64,000 nucleotides of DNA from Eledone cirrhosa. Lineage: Eukaryota. The notes beneath the pieces were generated by a model. That model was given only the letters and a program-made list of their open reading frames with translations, ran no database searches and had not been told where the DNA came from. The DNA lies in the NCBI GenBank assembly GCA_964016885.1, contig OZ024743.1:5580001-5644000 (forward strand). Reading direction: 5' to 3'. The translations under genes were made by a program, and so were the position numbers. This document shows positions 1 to 12,903 of the stretch, piece by piece (within the stretch, counting starts at the first letter, position 1; each line of letters starts with the position of its first letter).

Positions 1-468
1 TGTAAAAGACAATTGCCCAAGATGCCGTACACTAGGATTGAAACCAAAGCGACTTCATTGCAAAGTAAATATTTCAACACACCCACACACGCACGTGTGT
101 GGGTGTGTGTGTGTTAAAAAGGAATAAAAAGTTTCAGCCACAGTAATCTGACAATAGAAACATGATCAAGAAGTCTTATAAATCCTACATCAATATATTC
201 TTGTTAAACTACACGAACCTCCTCTAGTTCAGTGAAATCCTGAAATAGTTGCGATACAACAAATTAACAGATGTCGCCTGGGCAGTGCCGGTACCAGACT
301 ATCTGGCACCCTAGTGTGCCTATATGGTAACCCCGGCCCTCTGCCTGGATATGGATTGTTTCAGAATGCCGAACATAAATTACGGATAACTCTTTCTGAA
401 AATCGTTGTAACATTTCTAATTAATGACTTTTGAAATGTAGATAACTACTTTTAAATTAGTGAAATAC

Positions 469-654
469 ATAATTGTTTCTTCTTTTGGCACAAGGCCAGC
501 AATTACCCAGTACATTACTGGAACTTTATTTTATCGACCCCGTAAGGATGAAAGGCAAAGTTGCCCTCGGCGGGGTTTGAACTCAGAATGGAAAGGGCCG
601 TAACTCTATGCGTCAAAGCATAGTGTCCGACTCTCTACCGATACTGCCAATCCA
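469..654 (-). mobile_element. tRNA-derived SINE
   Basis: Reverse complement of the 58417 family; TSD atacataat. Confidence 0.85.
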
Positions 655-821
655 CATACATAATGACTGCTTTTTATATCTCTATTAGGCTTGATAATTA
701 CGTTTTATGATAATTAGCGAGTGCAAGTTCCTATGTGCAACTGTACAATACTTTGCCATGTCATTAACTAAAGTATTATTAGTTTTACTATACCACGATA
801 TATTTTTATTATTTTACAAGA

Positions 822-1043
822 GGTAAGGTGGTGGATTAGCAGTATTGGTAAAGCATCGGACAACATGCTTTCAGGCATTGAGTTACGGCCCTTTGCGTTC
901 TGAGTTCAAATCCCGTCGAGGTTAACTTTGCCTTTCATCCTTATGGGGTCGATAAAATAGAGCACCAGTAATGCATTGGGTCGATTTAATCGACTTTCCC
1001 CTCCCCCAAAATTGTTGTCCTTGTGCCTAAAGTAGAAACAATT
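822..1043 (+). mobile_element. tRNA-derived SINE (longer-tail variant)
   Basis: B box gagttcaaatcc, same core. Confidence 0.8.
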
Positions 1044-1889
1044 ATTTTACAAATGGTGACGTGTGTGTATGTATGTATCTATGTATCTATGTGTCTATGT
1101 ATGTATCTATGTGTGTGTGTATGTATGTATCTATGTGTGTATGTATGTAGTGTTTATAGTGACAAACGGTAACAGCACGGACCAGCAAATGAAAGGTTGT
1201 CACGCCTTTTCTTTCACTCGTTTTGTCTCTCTGATGTGCAATACCTCGGGTGGATGTTGCCTCATCCCATTGGAAAGATGCCGAGGATGATGCGCTTGAA
1301 AAGCCATCTTGCGGATGACTACTGAAATGTGGTAGTACTCTACAATCTGGTTAACACTTATAATATCAAACCGCTTGAAACTACCCCTAGTTTTTTTTAT
1401 TCAAATTTGTTTGTTTTAAAGTGTTTATTTATATCCCAAAACCTTCAATCATTATTTTATATAGGAACATTTAAGTTATGTTCCACACAATGAGAAAGTT
1501 ATATCACTAAATCCTTTCAAATTCATAATTATCTACAAAGTTATTTGAAAATCATAGGCGTTGTCTTTCGTTAGAAATATGATAACGAAAGAGTTAATGT
1601 CTTAACTATCACTAATAGTCGAGTTTGACATACAAAGAAAGGTTAAAGGATATATAAAGCATTTTGTCAACTCCGACGCCTAAAACATTAGCACTGCACT
1701 CTTGTATATACTTAAATACATTATATATATCCCATTGTTTCCTGCATGTAAATATCTTTATCATTTTTTTTATCTCAACAATGGCCGTAGTACCATTTCT
1801 TTACGTTCTGCAGTTCATTCTATTACATATCTACTCCAAGATATTTTGATTTGCGTCTCTTGGAATACTCTTAATGAGTATATGCGTAT

Positions 1890-1911
1890 ATGTGTGTGTG
1901 TGCGTGTGCGT

Positions 1912-1959
<48 letters not shown>

Positions 1960-1993
1960 GTGCGCGTGTGCGTGTGCGTGTGCGTGTGTATAT

Positions 1994-2075
<82 letters not shown>

Positions 2076-2120
2076 ATACACTATATATATATATATAAAT
2101 ATATATAAATATATATATAT
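1890..2120. repeat. Compound (TG)n/(TGCG)n/(TA)n microsatellite
   Basis: Direct inspection. Confidence 0.95.
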
Positions 2121-2122
2121 TT

Positions 2123-2292
2123 AATATAGAAATGGATTCTACAGGACTAGAACTGTTTCATTCAAAGGAAATCACCAGGAAAGCATTCTTGATGATTTCC
2201 TTTGAAAGAAACAGTTCTAGCCCTGTAGAACCCATTTCTATATTATGTATTGAGTACCTTACTTACTGTGGTTACCTCCGATTGAACTCGGG
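2123..2292. mobile_element. Fold-back element with two degenerate hammerhead copies in a microsatellite
   Basis: 59-bp inverted arms 2123-2181 / 2186-2244 (5 mismatches). Plus arm: ttc-TTGATGA-tttc(cttt)gaaa-GAAA-cag..ctg-TA-gaa. Minus arm has CTGGTGA. Confidence 0.7.
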
Positions 2293-2294
2293 AT

Positions 2295-2374
<80 letters not shown>

Positions 2375-4246
2375 GATAGGCTTCCACTCGGTTGCTGTCT
2401 CCCAAATTCCACTCACAAGACATTGGTCAATCTGAAAATACAATGCTGTAGTGTGTGTTCCTTAAACCATATATACATATTAAATGTTTGTGTGTGCATG
2501 CGTGTGCGCACACATTTCTATGTCTTTATGTTTAGTGGATGAGAGTATCTTAAAAATACACAATATAAGTAATAACTACGTTTATGAAAATAAGCTCCAC
2601 CAAAAGATGTAAGGCTTTCATGACTCCACTGAATAAATATCTTTGGGGATATACCATGTTCCAATACGGATAGTGGTAAAGGGTCGGAGCCGTGGAGGAC
2701 TTTCATCTAACCAGAGTGGTGACGTCTTCTTTCCTTAAAGCATATTTATTCATTATATCTGTTTTATGTAATTATCTAATTATGTTTGTGTGCTTATTTG
2801 TGTAATTAAAAGCATTAACATGTATAAATATATTTTATAATTTCTTTGCCCTTCCCCTTGTTTTCTTGTTTTTTCAATACAACTTTGTTGTAAATCTCAC
2901 ACTTTTTTTTATGTCCACTTTATAAAATCTTTATCGTATGTATGAATATGTATTCATGGCAAAATAAGAGAAATTATATAAAATATTAATTCGCGTATAG
3001 ACCTACATATGCTACGCGGATAGAGGAAGAGACAAAAGCAGAGAAGAGTGTTTATCAGAGAGAAAATGTTAATGCTGACAAGCAGAAGAAAGAGAACACT
3101 ATTTACTGGTAGTTTGTTCAACTGTTTGGTGGAAAATACATAGAGATAAGAGTGTTTATCGGAAAGTGACAACGGTGAGAAGCAGAATGAGATGATATTT
3201 ACTGACATGTAATCACATACACACATATATGGGATATACTAAGAACTGTAGTAGCTGTTAAAGTGGTGGTGTTATTGGTAGGACTATTGATTAATGGGAG
3301 TGATGGTAGTAGATGTCGGTGTGGTAAGAAGGGGAGAGCGATGGGTTGGGGGAATTAATTTTCTTGAACCTGTTCATTGCACATCCGTTTAATGCCGCAG
3401 AAAATGAAGCTGAGTGTCGGCATTTTTGATCCATGCTGTCTATAAAGGATTAGCTTAACGCCTAGAACTAAGAGCAAAGAAATACCAATCCATCTTGCCA
3501 TATATGTATCAGGTATATTTAGCCACACAGTGACATGTAAACATGAGTAATTAACATCAACAAGAAGTTGATTATAAAACATGAAATGACCACGAAAAGC
3601 AAAATTGCAAAAATAAATAAATAATAAACTGCTTTTGTTTTTGCTTTTATTCTGGCGGGCAGTATTTTTTTTTTTTTTTTGGAGGGGGGCGATATTAATG
3701 TATAAAACTATAAGAGAAAAAGTATTAAAGCAACCGATATTGGCAAAGACCCAGAATAATACAAGATTCGATAAGCCACGTAAACAACTCGGAAAGCACT
3801 TTATGCAACAACGTGTGCAAAAAAAACAAAAATTATGTCAATAACCCAGATCATCCAATCATAAAGATTGTACATATTTTGATAAAATGTTTGGGGGGAA
3901 AAAAGAGAAAGAAATTTTCAAAAGAAAAAAATGCGGAATAAATTTGAATAAGATCGATGCCAATAGTAAGAAATAGAATGAAAATATCAGCAAATACTGA
4001 TATCTGAAGATATTGAGATTTTTTAGACGAATATACAAATCTCACGGAAGTTTAATGAATACTTTATTAGAAGATTTTTTTTAAATCATTCATCTAATTA
4101 ATATTAATGACAAAGTAGTATAAAATAATAATACTTCTGGTAATGCTCTAGAAAAGGATAACTTTTATACACAGTTGTATAAATAACATTACAAATGCGT
4201 AAATAACATAAATTGTTCGCAATTCGTTCAGAAAAACATTACAAAT

Positions 4247-4420
4247 ATAATTGTTTCTACTTTTGGCACAAGGCCAGCAATTACCTCAGTGCATTACTGG
4301 TACTTTATTTTATCGACCCCGCAAGGATGAAAGGCAAAGTTAACCTCGGCGGGATTTGAACTCAGAACGTAAAAGGCCATAACTATGCTGCAAAGCATGG
4401 CGTCTGACGCTCTACCGGTC
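4247..4420 (-). mobile_element. tRNA-derived SINE
   Basis: Same core and tail. Confidence 0.8.
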
Positions 4421-6654
4421 GTTGATAAACACAAATATAAACAGATAAAAGAGAGAAGAAATAAAGATAGATATTTTCAGCACTGAACAAAACATTCATT
4501 GCTATGAAGGGTATTATAATGTAGCATAAATGATGATATCAGCTTGATAAACTATTTTTAAAAGTCCAGGAACTCTCTGTTGCACCCTCCAAATACTTAA
4601 TAATTTTAAATAATCTCACACAATGTGATGTCTCACATTGTGATCTACAGCAGACCTGCCAACCTTTAAAAATCTAAACGAGGAGTACCATGAAAAAAAG
4701 TGTGCTGCAGTTACGATAAAATTAGAAAACAAGTTTAATTAATTAGGTTCTATTGCAGGAAAAGATATTAATATGGTTAAATTTATCAACTTTAATCACG
4801 AGTACACAGGCCATTAATTTAGTTGAAAAGCAGCCGTGACAATTAGGACAAAAAAGGAGCTAAGCTGTGCTTCGTTCTCGCCCATTGGTGGCTTTACGAA
4901 GAATACATCTTTTGTTTCTATTTCCTATTCTTTCAGTGTCCCATATCATTTCAAACAGTTTCAGCGGCATGACAAATTTATGAAGCAGTGTCTTACTTTC
5001 GCTCACGAACCTTTCTCCCACACTTTCTATCCATTCGATATCATGTTTACCTCGAAATTGACCCTCAGTGCTCGCATTTGTAAATCCTTCATGTTTTTTC
5101 TTTACTTTTCAATTAAATTTCTTTTTAAAATCACATTTCTTTAATTTCTTTTTAACCTAAAATTGCGTTTTTATTCATAATGTTTCAATCAATGGTAATT
5201 TCTCAGATAGGCACAAGGTAAAGATTTGGGAGGAAGGAATAGTCGGTAATATTGCCAGTCCTTGGCTGGTGCTTATTTTATCGACCCTCGAATGATGAAA
5301 GGTATCAAAAAGGATTTCTCATTTAGGCACAAGAGGGAGAGGAAAGTCGATTAAATCGACCCCTGTGCGTTGCTGGTACTTTATTTTATCGACCCTGTAA
5401 AGATGAAAGGTATAAATAATGTATTGGAAAAGACATGCCACGTTGTCACTTCTACTTAGCTTCATTATCTCTTGTCAATCATTTTAGTTTCTCTTACTAT
5501 CTCTCTCTGTCCCATACTATTACTAACTCTTACTTTCATTTGCATGTATCTCCCTTTCTTTATCATTTATTCGTGTTTCTTTTCTCGGTTGCTTACACTA
5601 GTGACCAAAGATAGAATATAAACATATAAACATATGCAGACTCAGACACGAACACACACCAAACAGAATACATGCACACAAATGCATGCGCAATTAGAGA
5701 CAACAAAAAACGTTATAGAAACATAATGGTGGGAAACACAGCGATAATCACTGAAGATGTCACAGATATGTGTGACGAAAGAACTTTCAGAAGTTATATT
5801 TGTATTTGTATTTTTAAATGTTGGTCAATCAATGATAAACATTTATTGCCAGCTAAATTATTTATAGAAATATAAAAATATAAACTGAAGCGAAAACCAA
5901 ATCAAACAGTGAATGCGTTTTACTATTTTTTTGGCAATATCAAGACAACATGACCCTCCCTAAATATAACAATATCTGTTTCAACACACGATCTCATATC
6001 AAAAACCTTCGCTTTTTATCTCTCATGGTCTTTATTTCTTATTCTTCCAAGTTTCTTTTTTCCGGCACTTTCTAGATTTGTTTATATTTTGATATTTTCT
6101 GTAATTCGAATTAGACAATCAGTGCTCGCATATACAAATCATTTATATCTTTCTTTTACATTACAATTGCATTTTTATTTAAAGTCATATTTTCTAAATT
6201 ACTTTCTTTTTAGTAATGATATTTCCGTCAATAATGCCACAGAAAATACTTCCTACACCTACAACGCTCTCTGATTCTGAATGCAGATCAGCTGTGACAA
6301 CAAAAATTGCAAGCTAATGCTGCCAGGAATGAATCATTTGGGAAACTTGAAACTAAGTGAATCGAATATACCTTCATTAAGAGCAACTGTGGTCCATGTA
6401 TAGTTACTTTTAAATCTGGGAAATACCGAATATTCTGCTAGTTTACAGTTCTATCATTAGTTGTGGTGTTTCTGAATAACAAACGAACACTAACTTCAGC
6501 TTCGAAGCTTCTGAAGGACTATATCAAAATACTAGGGCAAACAGTATGTTCCGACCTTGATGCAAGAATCGTTTTTTCTTTCTTCTCTGAAACTGAAAGT
6601 GTGGGATGGCATGCTTTTCCAGAAAAGATCTTTTTCATCTACCTAGAACACAAG

Positions 6655-7005
6655 TTCTACTGTGTGACCGTGGTATGAGTAGTTGCCTCTTTCGATGATA
6701 CTCTTAAGAGCCTAAGGGAAATTATTGGCTGCCTAGGTGTCTGCACTTGCAGCTTCACTATACATTGTGTTGTGTGCTTTTTATTTGAATAAGCAGCATG
6801 ATACTAGTCCAACTTATACAAAACCAAAGAGCATCTTCAGGCATTTACAAGGAGATAATTCAAAAGTACACACAAGCTGAGACTAGTTTTAATGATTCAA
6901 AATACGGCATAACATACACAGCACTAGGCAGTTAATAATTTTCCTTGGGTTCGTAAGAGCGTCATTGATCGAGGCAATTACTCATACCACAGGCACACAG
7001 TAGAA
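6655..7005. repeat. Gapless 82-bp imperfect inverted repeat (6655-6736 / 6924-7005)
   Basis: 68/82 positions complementary by manual alignment. Confidence 0.85.
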
Positions 7006-8494
7006 GCGAAAGTGTACGAACTGTTCACTTCTTGGCTAATTCACTCAGTCGTCTGCGCTTCCGTTTAGAAATGGCTCTAACATAAAACTTCTTTGACTGT
7101 TCGAGTGGAAATACTGTAGAATAGCAAGATGTGGAGATGTTGACCAGCCAGAAGGGTAATTGATTATAAATACTAGATTGTCACGACATAACTCAATCTG
7201 AAAATGCACCAGTGTACCTTCGAAGACAAAGACTCACTTCTAGATACTCACAAATATTGATTCCTACACACACATACACCACCTCTCTCTCTCTCTCCTC
7301 TATCTAGGATTCTTTGTTGAACATGTGAGAGTTCACTATATAAGTTGATGTAGAGTCAAGCTCAGTTGTTTTCAACGGGGGCTCATATAAGATTTTGGTG
7401 TTCCACGCTAGCAAAATAATATATTGGGGTCCAACTTTTGCTTTGGAACTATTTATTCTTAGTAAAAGTTCTAAGCGTTAGAAAAAGGAAATAAATTTTA
7501 AAAAACAAAGAATTTAAACAAAGAAGTTGATCAAAAAATTCCCTAGTAAATTACTAGAAACAAATTAGTAGTTTTACCGTTCGTTCCATACTCCGAATAG
7601 GATATTTTAAGCATTGAATAGCTATGGAAGAGTAAAACAGAAATCAGAAGGGTCTCTAGGTTAAAAAAAAGTTTGAGAGCCAATAGTCAAGCTGAACAAT
7701 GTAGGGATAACGTGGGATAATGAGTGTTTGAAATGCGACTAGTTGCGAAAGGTGGATGGATAAAGTCGAGATTAGACTGAAAACAGACTCTGGATTTTTT
7801 AAATCAGTAAATAATGGTTTCAGATTTAAGCATAAGGTTAACAATTTTGTGGGGAGGGAAAATTTACCTCAGTGTTTGACGAGTATTTCATTTTATCGAC
7901 CTCAGAGCAACAAAAGGCAAAACTGGCATCAACAGGCTTTAAACTCAGAATAATAAGATTCTCAGAATTTGTTTATGTAGTTTCAAATCCAATATTGACA
8001 AAATAAATAACTCTGTTTCATACAGATGCATTTGTTTTCTGTGTTCAATTTTATCAGCCGTTTCGTTAAAACATAAATAACGGGCATTGAATGAAATTTC
8101 GCGAATATCTCATACTGACAACCATACATACCATCACATTGTTTTCAACACCATTTCATAACACACGCTAGTCAAGCCTTCACGGTCAAAGGAAGAAAAA
8201 GAAATTGAATGTACCAGCATCTATTGTATTTAAAACTGAAACTACGCAGCTCCAGCTGGCAAGAATGCAAGTGTGGCTAAGTGGTTAAGAAGTTCGCTTC
8301 GCAATCATGAATCTTGTGCAAGGTCTTTACCATAGCCTCGGGTTTACTCAAGACGTGTGAGTGGAGTTTGACAGAAACTGTACTGAAGCTTGACGGATGA
8401 ATTGTACTAGCTTTGTCCCGTATTGTGCCATATTGATTCTTCTTCGTAATTAGGTTAAAGGTGTACATGTCTGTGGAATACTCAACCACTTACA

Positions 8495-8678
8495 CAGACC
8501 TGTCAACTCTCCCCGTCGGACGGGACGATCTCCAACCCACTTTGGTGTGGGTGAGATGTCTTCTTTTGTAAAAATGGGCATAGCTTTCATTATGTAAAAT
8601 CTCCTCATTTTGCCTCATTTCTCCCCATTTTGGAGCACTTTTTTCATGGATTTGGGCTTTTAGAGGTTGGCAGGTTTG
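8495..8678. mobile_element. hAT-like MITE inserted into a SINE-like repeat
   Basis: TIRs CAGACCTGTCAAC / GTTGGCAGGTTTG; imperfect ~8-bp TSD a(c/t)ttaca(c). Confidence 0.65.
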
Positions 8679-8807
8679 ATTTACACGTTAATTTACGTTC
8701 ATTTAATCTATCCATCAACCAGTTTAGCACATTAGAATCTTTTAGTTGTACATCACTTACACGGATCCAGTGAAATAGATGACAGTCAACTCCCCAAGCG
8801 AAATAAG

Positions 8808-8990
8808 CCAAGCTCATGGTTGTTATCCAACGACCCCGAGAAAGATGGTTGAATAACATCCATGAGCTTGGCTGGTATCACTTGGGGATCCAGCCGGATC
8901 AGTTGGAACGGTTGCTTCTGACAGGACTCGCTGGAGGGAGTGTTTGAGGACTCTGCTCTCACGACCCTCTCAGGAAGAAGAAGAAGATAT
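8808..8990 (+). mobile_element. LINE 3'-end fragment with (GAA)n tail
   Basis: Reverse-complement similarity to 40232-40375 (catgagcttggctgg...gcttctgacaggac...accctctcaggaa). Confidence 0.6.
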
Positions 8991-9945
8991 GGATGGTATG
9001 TTAATGTGCTGCAAGAAGGAATACATTTAAGTACTTTATTAGAAACCAAAAAAATATTGATTTTTGTTTTTTAACGTTGACTCATGGTCTCTTATATATA
9101 AGAGGAATGATATAATCATTAAAATCAGTTCTAATTTTAGAGTTGTACTTATTTTATCGACCTAGAAAGAATGAAAAGCAAAGTTGCCACCGGTAAAATT
9201 TGAACTCAGGACATAAAGAGTTGTGATTAAATATCGCAAGGTTATATTAAAAGGTACTCTTTAAATCGTAGATTCTACTCGTCGAAAGCTTAGATATTCT
9301 TCTTGAATATTCACCTTTTAATTCCTTTTAGGTCTTTTCAATAGGCATAAGGCTCTGTAATGAATTCAAAACCTTGTTGAAGACTGTGCTTACCGAAAAC
9401 TTCGTTTTTGATTTACAACGCTCGCTACTTCTACCAAAACATATTGCCATGATTGAGAACAAATAAAAAGTATTCTTTATGTCTAAACTCTTATTGATTC
9501 TCAACGAAATATTACCAAATTGCTGTCTGTTGTTGAAACCAAATGCTTGAAATTGTCATCCATATCTGTTTAAACGAGTGATTATTTCAAAATTGCATAT
9601 CGATCGTTCTAAATGGAGCCTGTTTTCCTCGACGTCATAATATCAACGTTGCTCTGCTATCTTCATATATTTTACTATTTGCTGTTACATATCTTCTGCT
9701 CATTTATTAATGCTTCTTTCCTCACAAACGATTCAATGCAGATATTAAATATTTTGCCTTCCCATGAGAATTAGAAAGCGATTATTGAAGTCATAAATTC
9801 TGTTCATTTCACATTTGACTGAAAATAAAATAAATGGTTTAGACTTTTGAATAATTTATTTTAGATTAAGTTTTCAAATAAAGCACATAGTTACTTTGTG
9901 ATACCTACTGAAAATGTTTAATTAAGTTTAATATTTTCATTAACG

Positions 9946-10115
9946 CAGACCTGTCAACTCTCTCCGTCCAATGGGGAGATCTCCCACCCACTTTGAGGTG
10001 GGTGAGAGATGTCTTCTCTTGTGAAAATGGGTATAGCTTTCATTATGTAAAATCTCCCTATTTTACCTCGTTTCATGATACTCCCCGTTTGGATTTTTAG
10101 AGATTCACAGGTCTG
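9946..10115. mobile_element. hAT-like MITE, second copy
   Basis: CAGACCTG...CAGGTCTG ends; collinear with 8495-8678. Confidence 0.65.
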
Positions 10116-11932
10116 TTAATGGTTTGTCATTTTGATTTTAACTCCAGGAAACAAAAACAAGCTCACTTTCTAGTCTTGACTCATTATATACTCAACTTAA
10201 ACTTCTGTAAGCGTGTGTTTATTAAGAATACTACTAATGCAAGAGAACTTTCGTAGAGCTAAGTTCCATAATGAATTTGTATACGTTTAAAACAAACTAT
10301 TAACCTCAATCTTTTAACTTAATATTTCGAGCAAAAACTGTAGAATGACGGATTAAATGCCTTATATGATTTAAGTATGTACCTCTTCTTTTTGAGATCA
10401 AAAGTTCCCAAGATAAACTTTGTCGTCGCTGATAAAAAAAAAAAAAGTGAGGTTTATTCATTCAACTTGAGATAATGTTTTAAAATCCGCATCCAATGTC
10501 AAACTAATTCAATCGTGTCTGGTATAATTACCAGAATTTCTTCAGCTTGGCATCCTCTTCTTTGAGTTGAAAATATAGAATTTACAGCTTACACATCTAC
10601 AGGTTTAGCTAGCTTCCTACAAAGTTGTATCATAGAAATTTTCTTGAGTGTTTTAATGATGAGTCCTAGTCATATCATGAAAAGCAGTGTGAAATAAAGT
10701 ATCTTCCTCAAGAACACGACGCACTGTCTGGTCCAGGAATTAAACACATGACCTTATAATCGTTACTGCAGCGCCTTAGCCACTAGGTTACGCATTACAT
10801 TTTAAATACAATTAGGTCGGTCTAAATCTCCGATAAAAAAAGAAACGAAACCAGGCACTGGAGGTTTTTTAAGTTTACAGAATAATTGGTGTTCCTAAAA
10901 CCAACTGTTAAACTCTATAGGAAATGGTATTTTCCACTGATTTCTTGGTTAGATCCTATTGTATTCCTAGCGATTTTTTAATCGATGAGTAAAGTTAACT
11001 CCAAGGCAGCGAATTGGCAGAGTCGTTAGAATTCTTTGCAGTATTAGTTTCGGCTCTCTGCTCTCTGAGCTCAAATCCCGCCGAGGTCAGCTTTGCATTT
11101 CATTTATTCAAGGTCGATAACAAAAAGTACCAGTCAAGTACTGGGATCGATATCTCTTTCTCACTTCCATTCTCTATCTCACTCTCTCTATCCTTCTCTG
11201 AAAGAAATCTGCTGTATTCGAACCTGGAGAGGAAATGGACGCCGCCAGGTTTTAAAATGCCGTATGTCAATGCGACGCCCCTACAACTCCATTAGGAATT
11301 ACGGGATTATACATTCAAAGTCAACTCCATCCTCAACGGAAGTTGAAATCACCATCTAGGAGAACGAAATTAAACTCTATTGTGTATGTTTAGTCAGTTA
11401 TAACAGCTGACTCAGCAACCTCCATCAGCCTGTGAGATTGAATGCAATATTCTTTATTTTTATATTACACGATCTAGGCAAACGGTTGATTGTTCTATGT
11501 GTGTCATGAGTAAGTACGGTAGAAGTCGAAGCTTTTGGAGATTGTTTGACGTTAGTGTGATTAGATTTAAGTCTCATTCTATGCGCAACAGTTTAAACGG
11601 GAATTATGTTCAGGCGTTCACTTGAATAAACAATCATGCACAAAACCGCGAGTGATGGCCACTATGCAAATGATTTCTGAACACAAATCATTTGCTAACT
11701 TGAACTTCTGGAAAATAATTACTTTAGAATTGTACTTGATTGACAGGGGATTTGATCTGAGATTGTGTGTTGAAACTGAAATAAATTACATCGGAGTAAG
11801 AATTATGATAGTTATTTAAAACACACTTATACAGCAGATAGATTTATTTTTGTTTTATTTTCTATAGTAAAACAGAGTATCAATGACTAGATCGAAGATG
11901 TATGACGAATGACTTTGATACATAATACAATG

Positions 11933-11933
11933 G

Positions 11934-11967
<34 letters not shown>

Positions 11968-12059
11968 ATATATATATATATATATAATATATATATATAT
12001 ATTATATATATATATATATTATATATATATATATAATATATATATATATTATATATATA

Positions 12060-12116
<57 letters not shown>
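11933..12116. repeat. Long interrupted (TA)n microsatellite
   Basis: Direct inspection; further (TA)n at 2315-2370, 12324-12370, 13361-13414, 20960-21003, 21352-21411. Confidence 0.95.
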
Positions 12117-12118
<2 letters not shown>

Positions 12119-12323
12119 AAAAAGTATGACCCCGACGGCAGAGCTCAAGCCGTTTCGACGACTATTTCTGGACTCCTAAAAAAGAGTCCAGAAATAGTCG
12201 TCGAAACGGCTTGAGCTCTGCCATCGGGGTCATACTTTTTCCTATTTCCCACTCTACTACTCTAAGTATTGAGTACTCTGGTGCGTTATGGTCCATCTGG
12301 TTCCTTACCACAATTCCTTTGTT
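12114..12323. mobile_element. Fold-back element (62-bp stem, 8-nt loop) with the 3' half of a hammerhead
   Basis: Arms 12114-12175 / 12184-12245, one mismatch; GAAA-cggc(ttgagctct)gccg-TC in the minus-strand arm; between (TA)n tracts. Confidence 0.65.
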
Positions 12324-12476
12324 ATATATATATATACATATATATATATATGCATATATATATATATATATTTCGTATCTCCGAGGAAATACGGTTTTAG
12401 GAAGCCGTAGCTATGCAAACACCGGGGGGGGGGGGCTAACGCCATCTGGTGATGTCCAGCAGAAGCAAGGGGGACA

Positions 12477-12520
12477 ACCGTCTATACATTTCAGGCTTAA
12501 CTGGCCTTCGTCAGGACGGT
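12477..12520 (-). ncRNA. Type I minimal hammerhead ribozyme (canonical core)
   Basis: Minus strand reads accgtc-CTGACGA-aggc(cagttaa)gcct-GAAA-tgta-TA-gacggt: 6-bp stem I, 4-bp stem II, short stem III, AUA cleavage triplet (cut 3' of 12483). Confidence 0.9.
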
Positions 12521-12859
12521 CCCTCCCACCGCTTGCGACTGCTGGACTAGAAGACAGGCGAGAAAATATACTTTTCTCGTCTGTGTAAATGAGGTGATTA
12601 ATCTCATTTGTATATGAAGCTGCATAAGTTGTCTCAACTTATAATAAAAAAGAAATAGGATTTCACTTCAAGCATAGCTTTATACAATATGTATAAATAT
12701 TTCGTATCTCCAAGGAAATACGGTTTTAGGAAGCCGTAGCTATGCAAACACCGGGGGGATAACGCCCTCTAGTGATGTCCAGCAGAAGCAAGGGGGACAA
12801 CCGTCTATGCATATTTTCACGCCTGTCTTCTAGTCCAGCAGTCGCAAGCGGTGGGAGGG

Positions 12860-12903
12860 ACCGTCCTGACGAAGACCAGTTAAGCCTGAAATGCATAGAC
12901 AGT
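12860..12903 (+). ncRNA. Type I minimal hammerhead ribozyme, inverted copy
   Basis: accgtc-CTGACGA-agac(cagttaa)gcct-GAAA-tgca-TA-gacagt. Core intact, one mismatch each in stems I and II, palindromic ATGCAT stem III. Confidence 0.85.

Noticed and set aside
1063-2542. ORFs rich in YI/VC/HT dipeptides (also at 11909, 13283, 21351 C-terminus, 43536, 59660)
   Set aside because: Translations of (TA)n/(TG)n microsatellites, not genes
2630-2752. Short imperfect inverted repeat tgaataaatatctttgggga / ttccttaaagcatatttattca
   Set aside because: Only ~20 AT-rich bp; no ribozyme core or TSD; could be chance or an old MITE
11213-11404. TG...CA-bounded segment resembling a solo LTR
   Set aside because: No matching TSD and no second copy in the window
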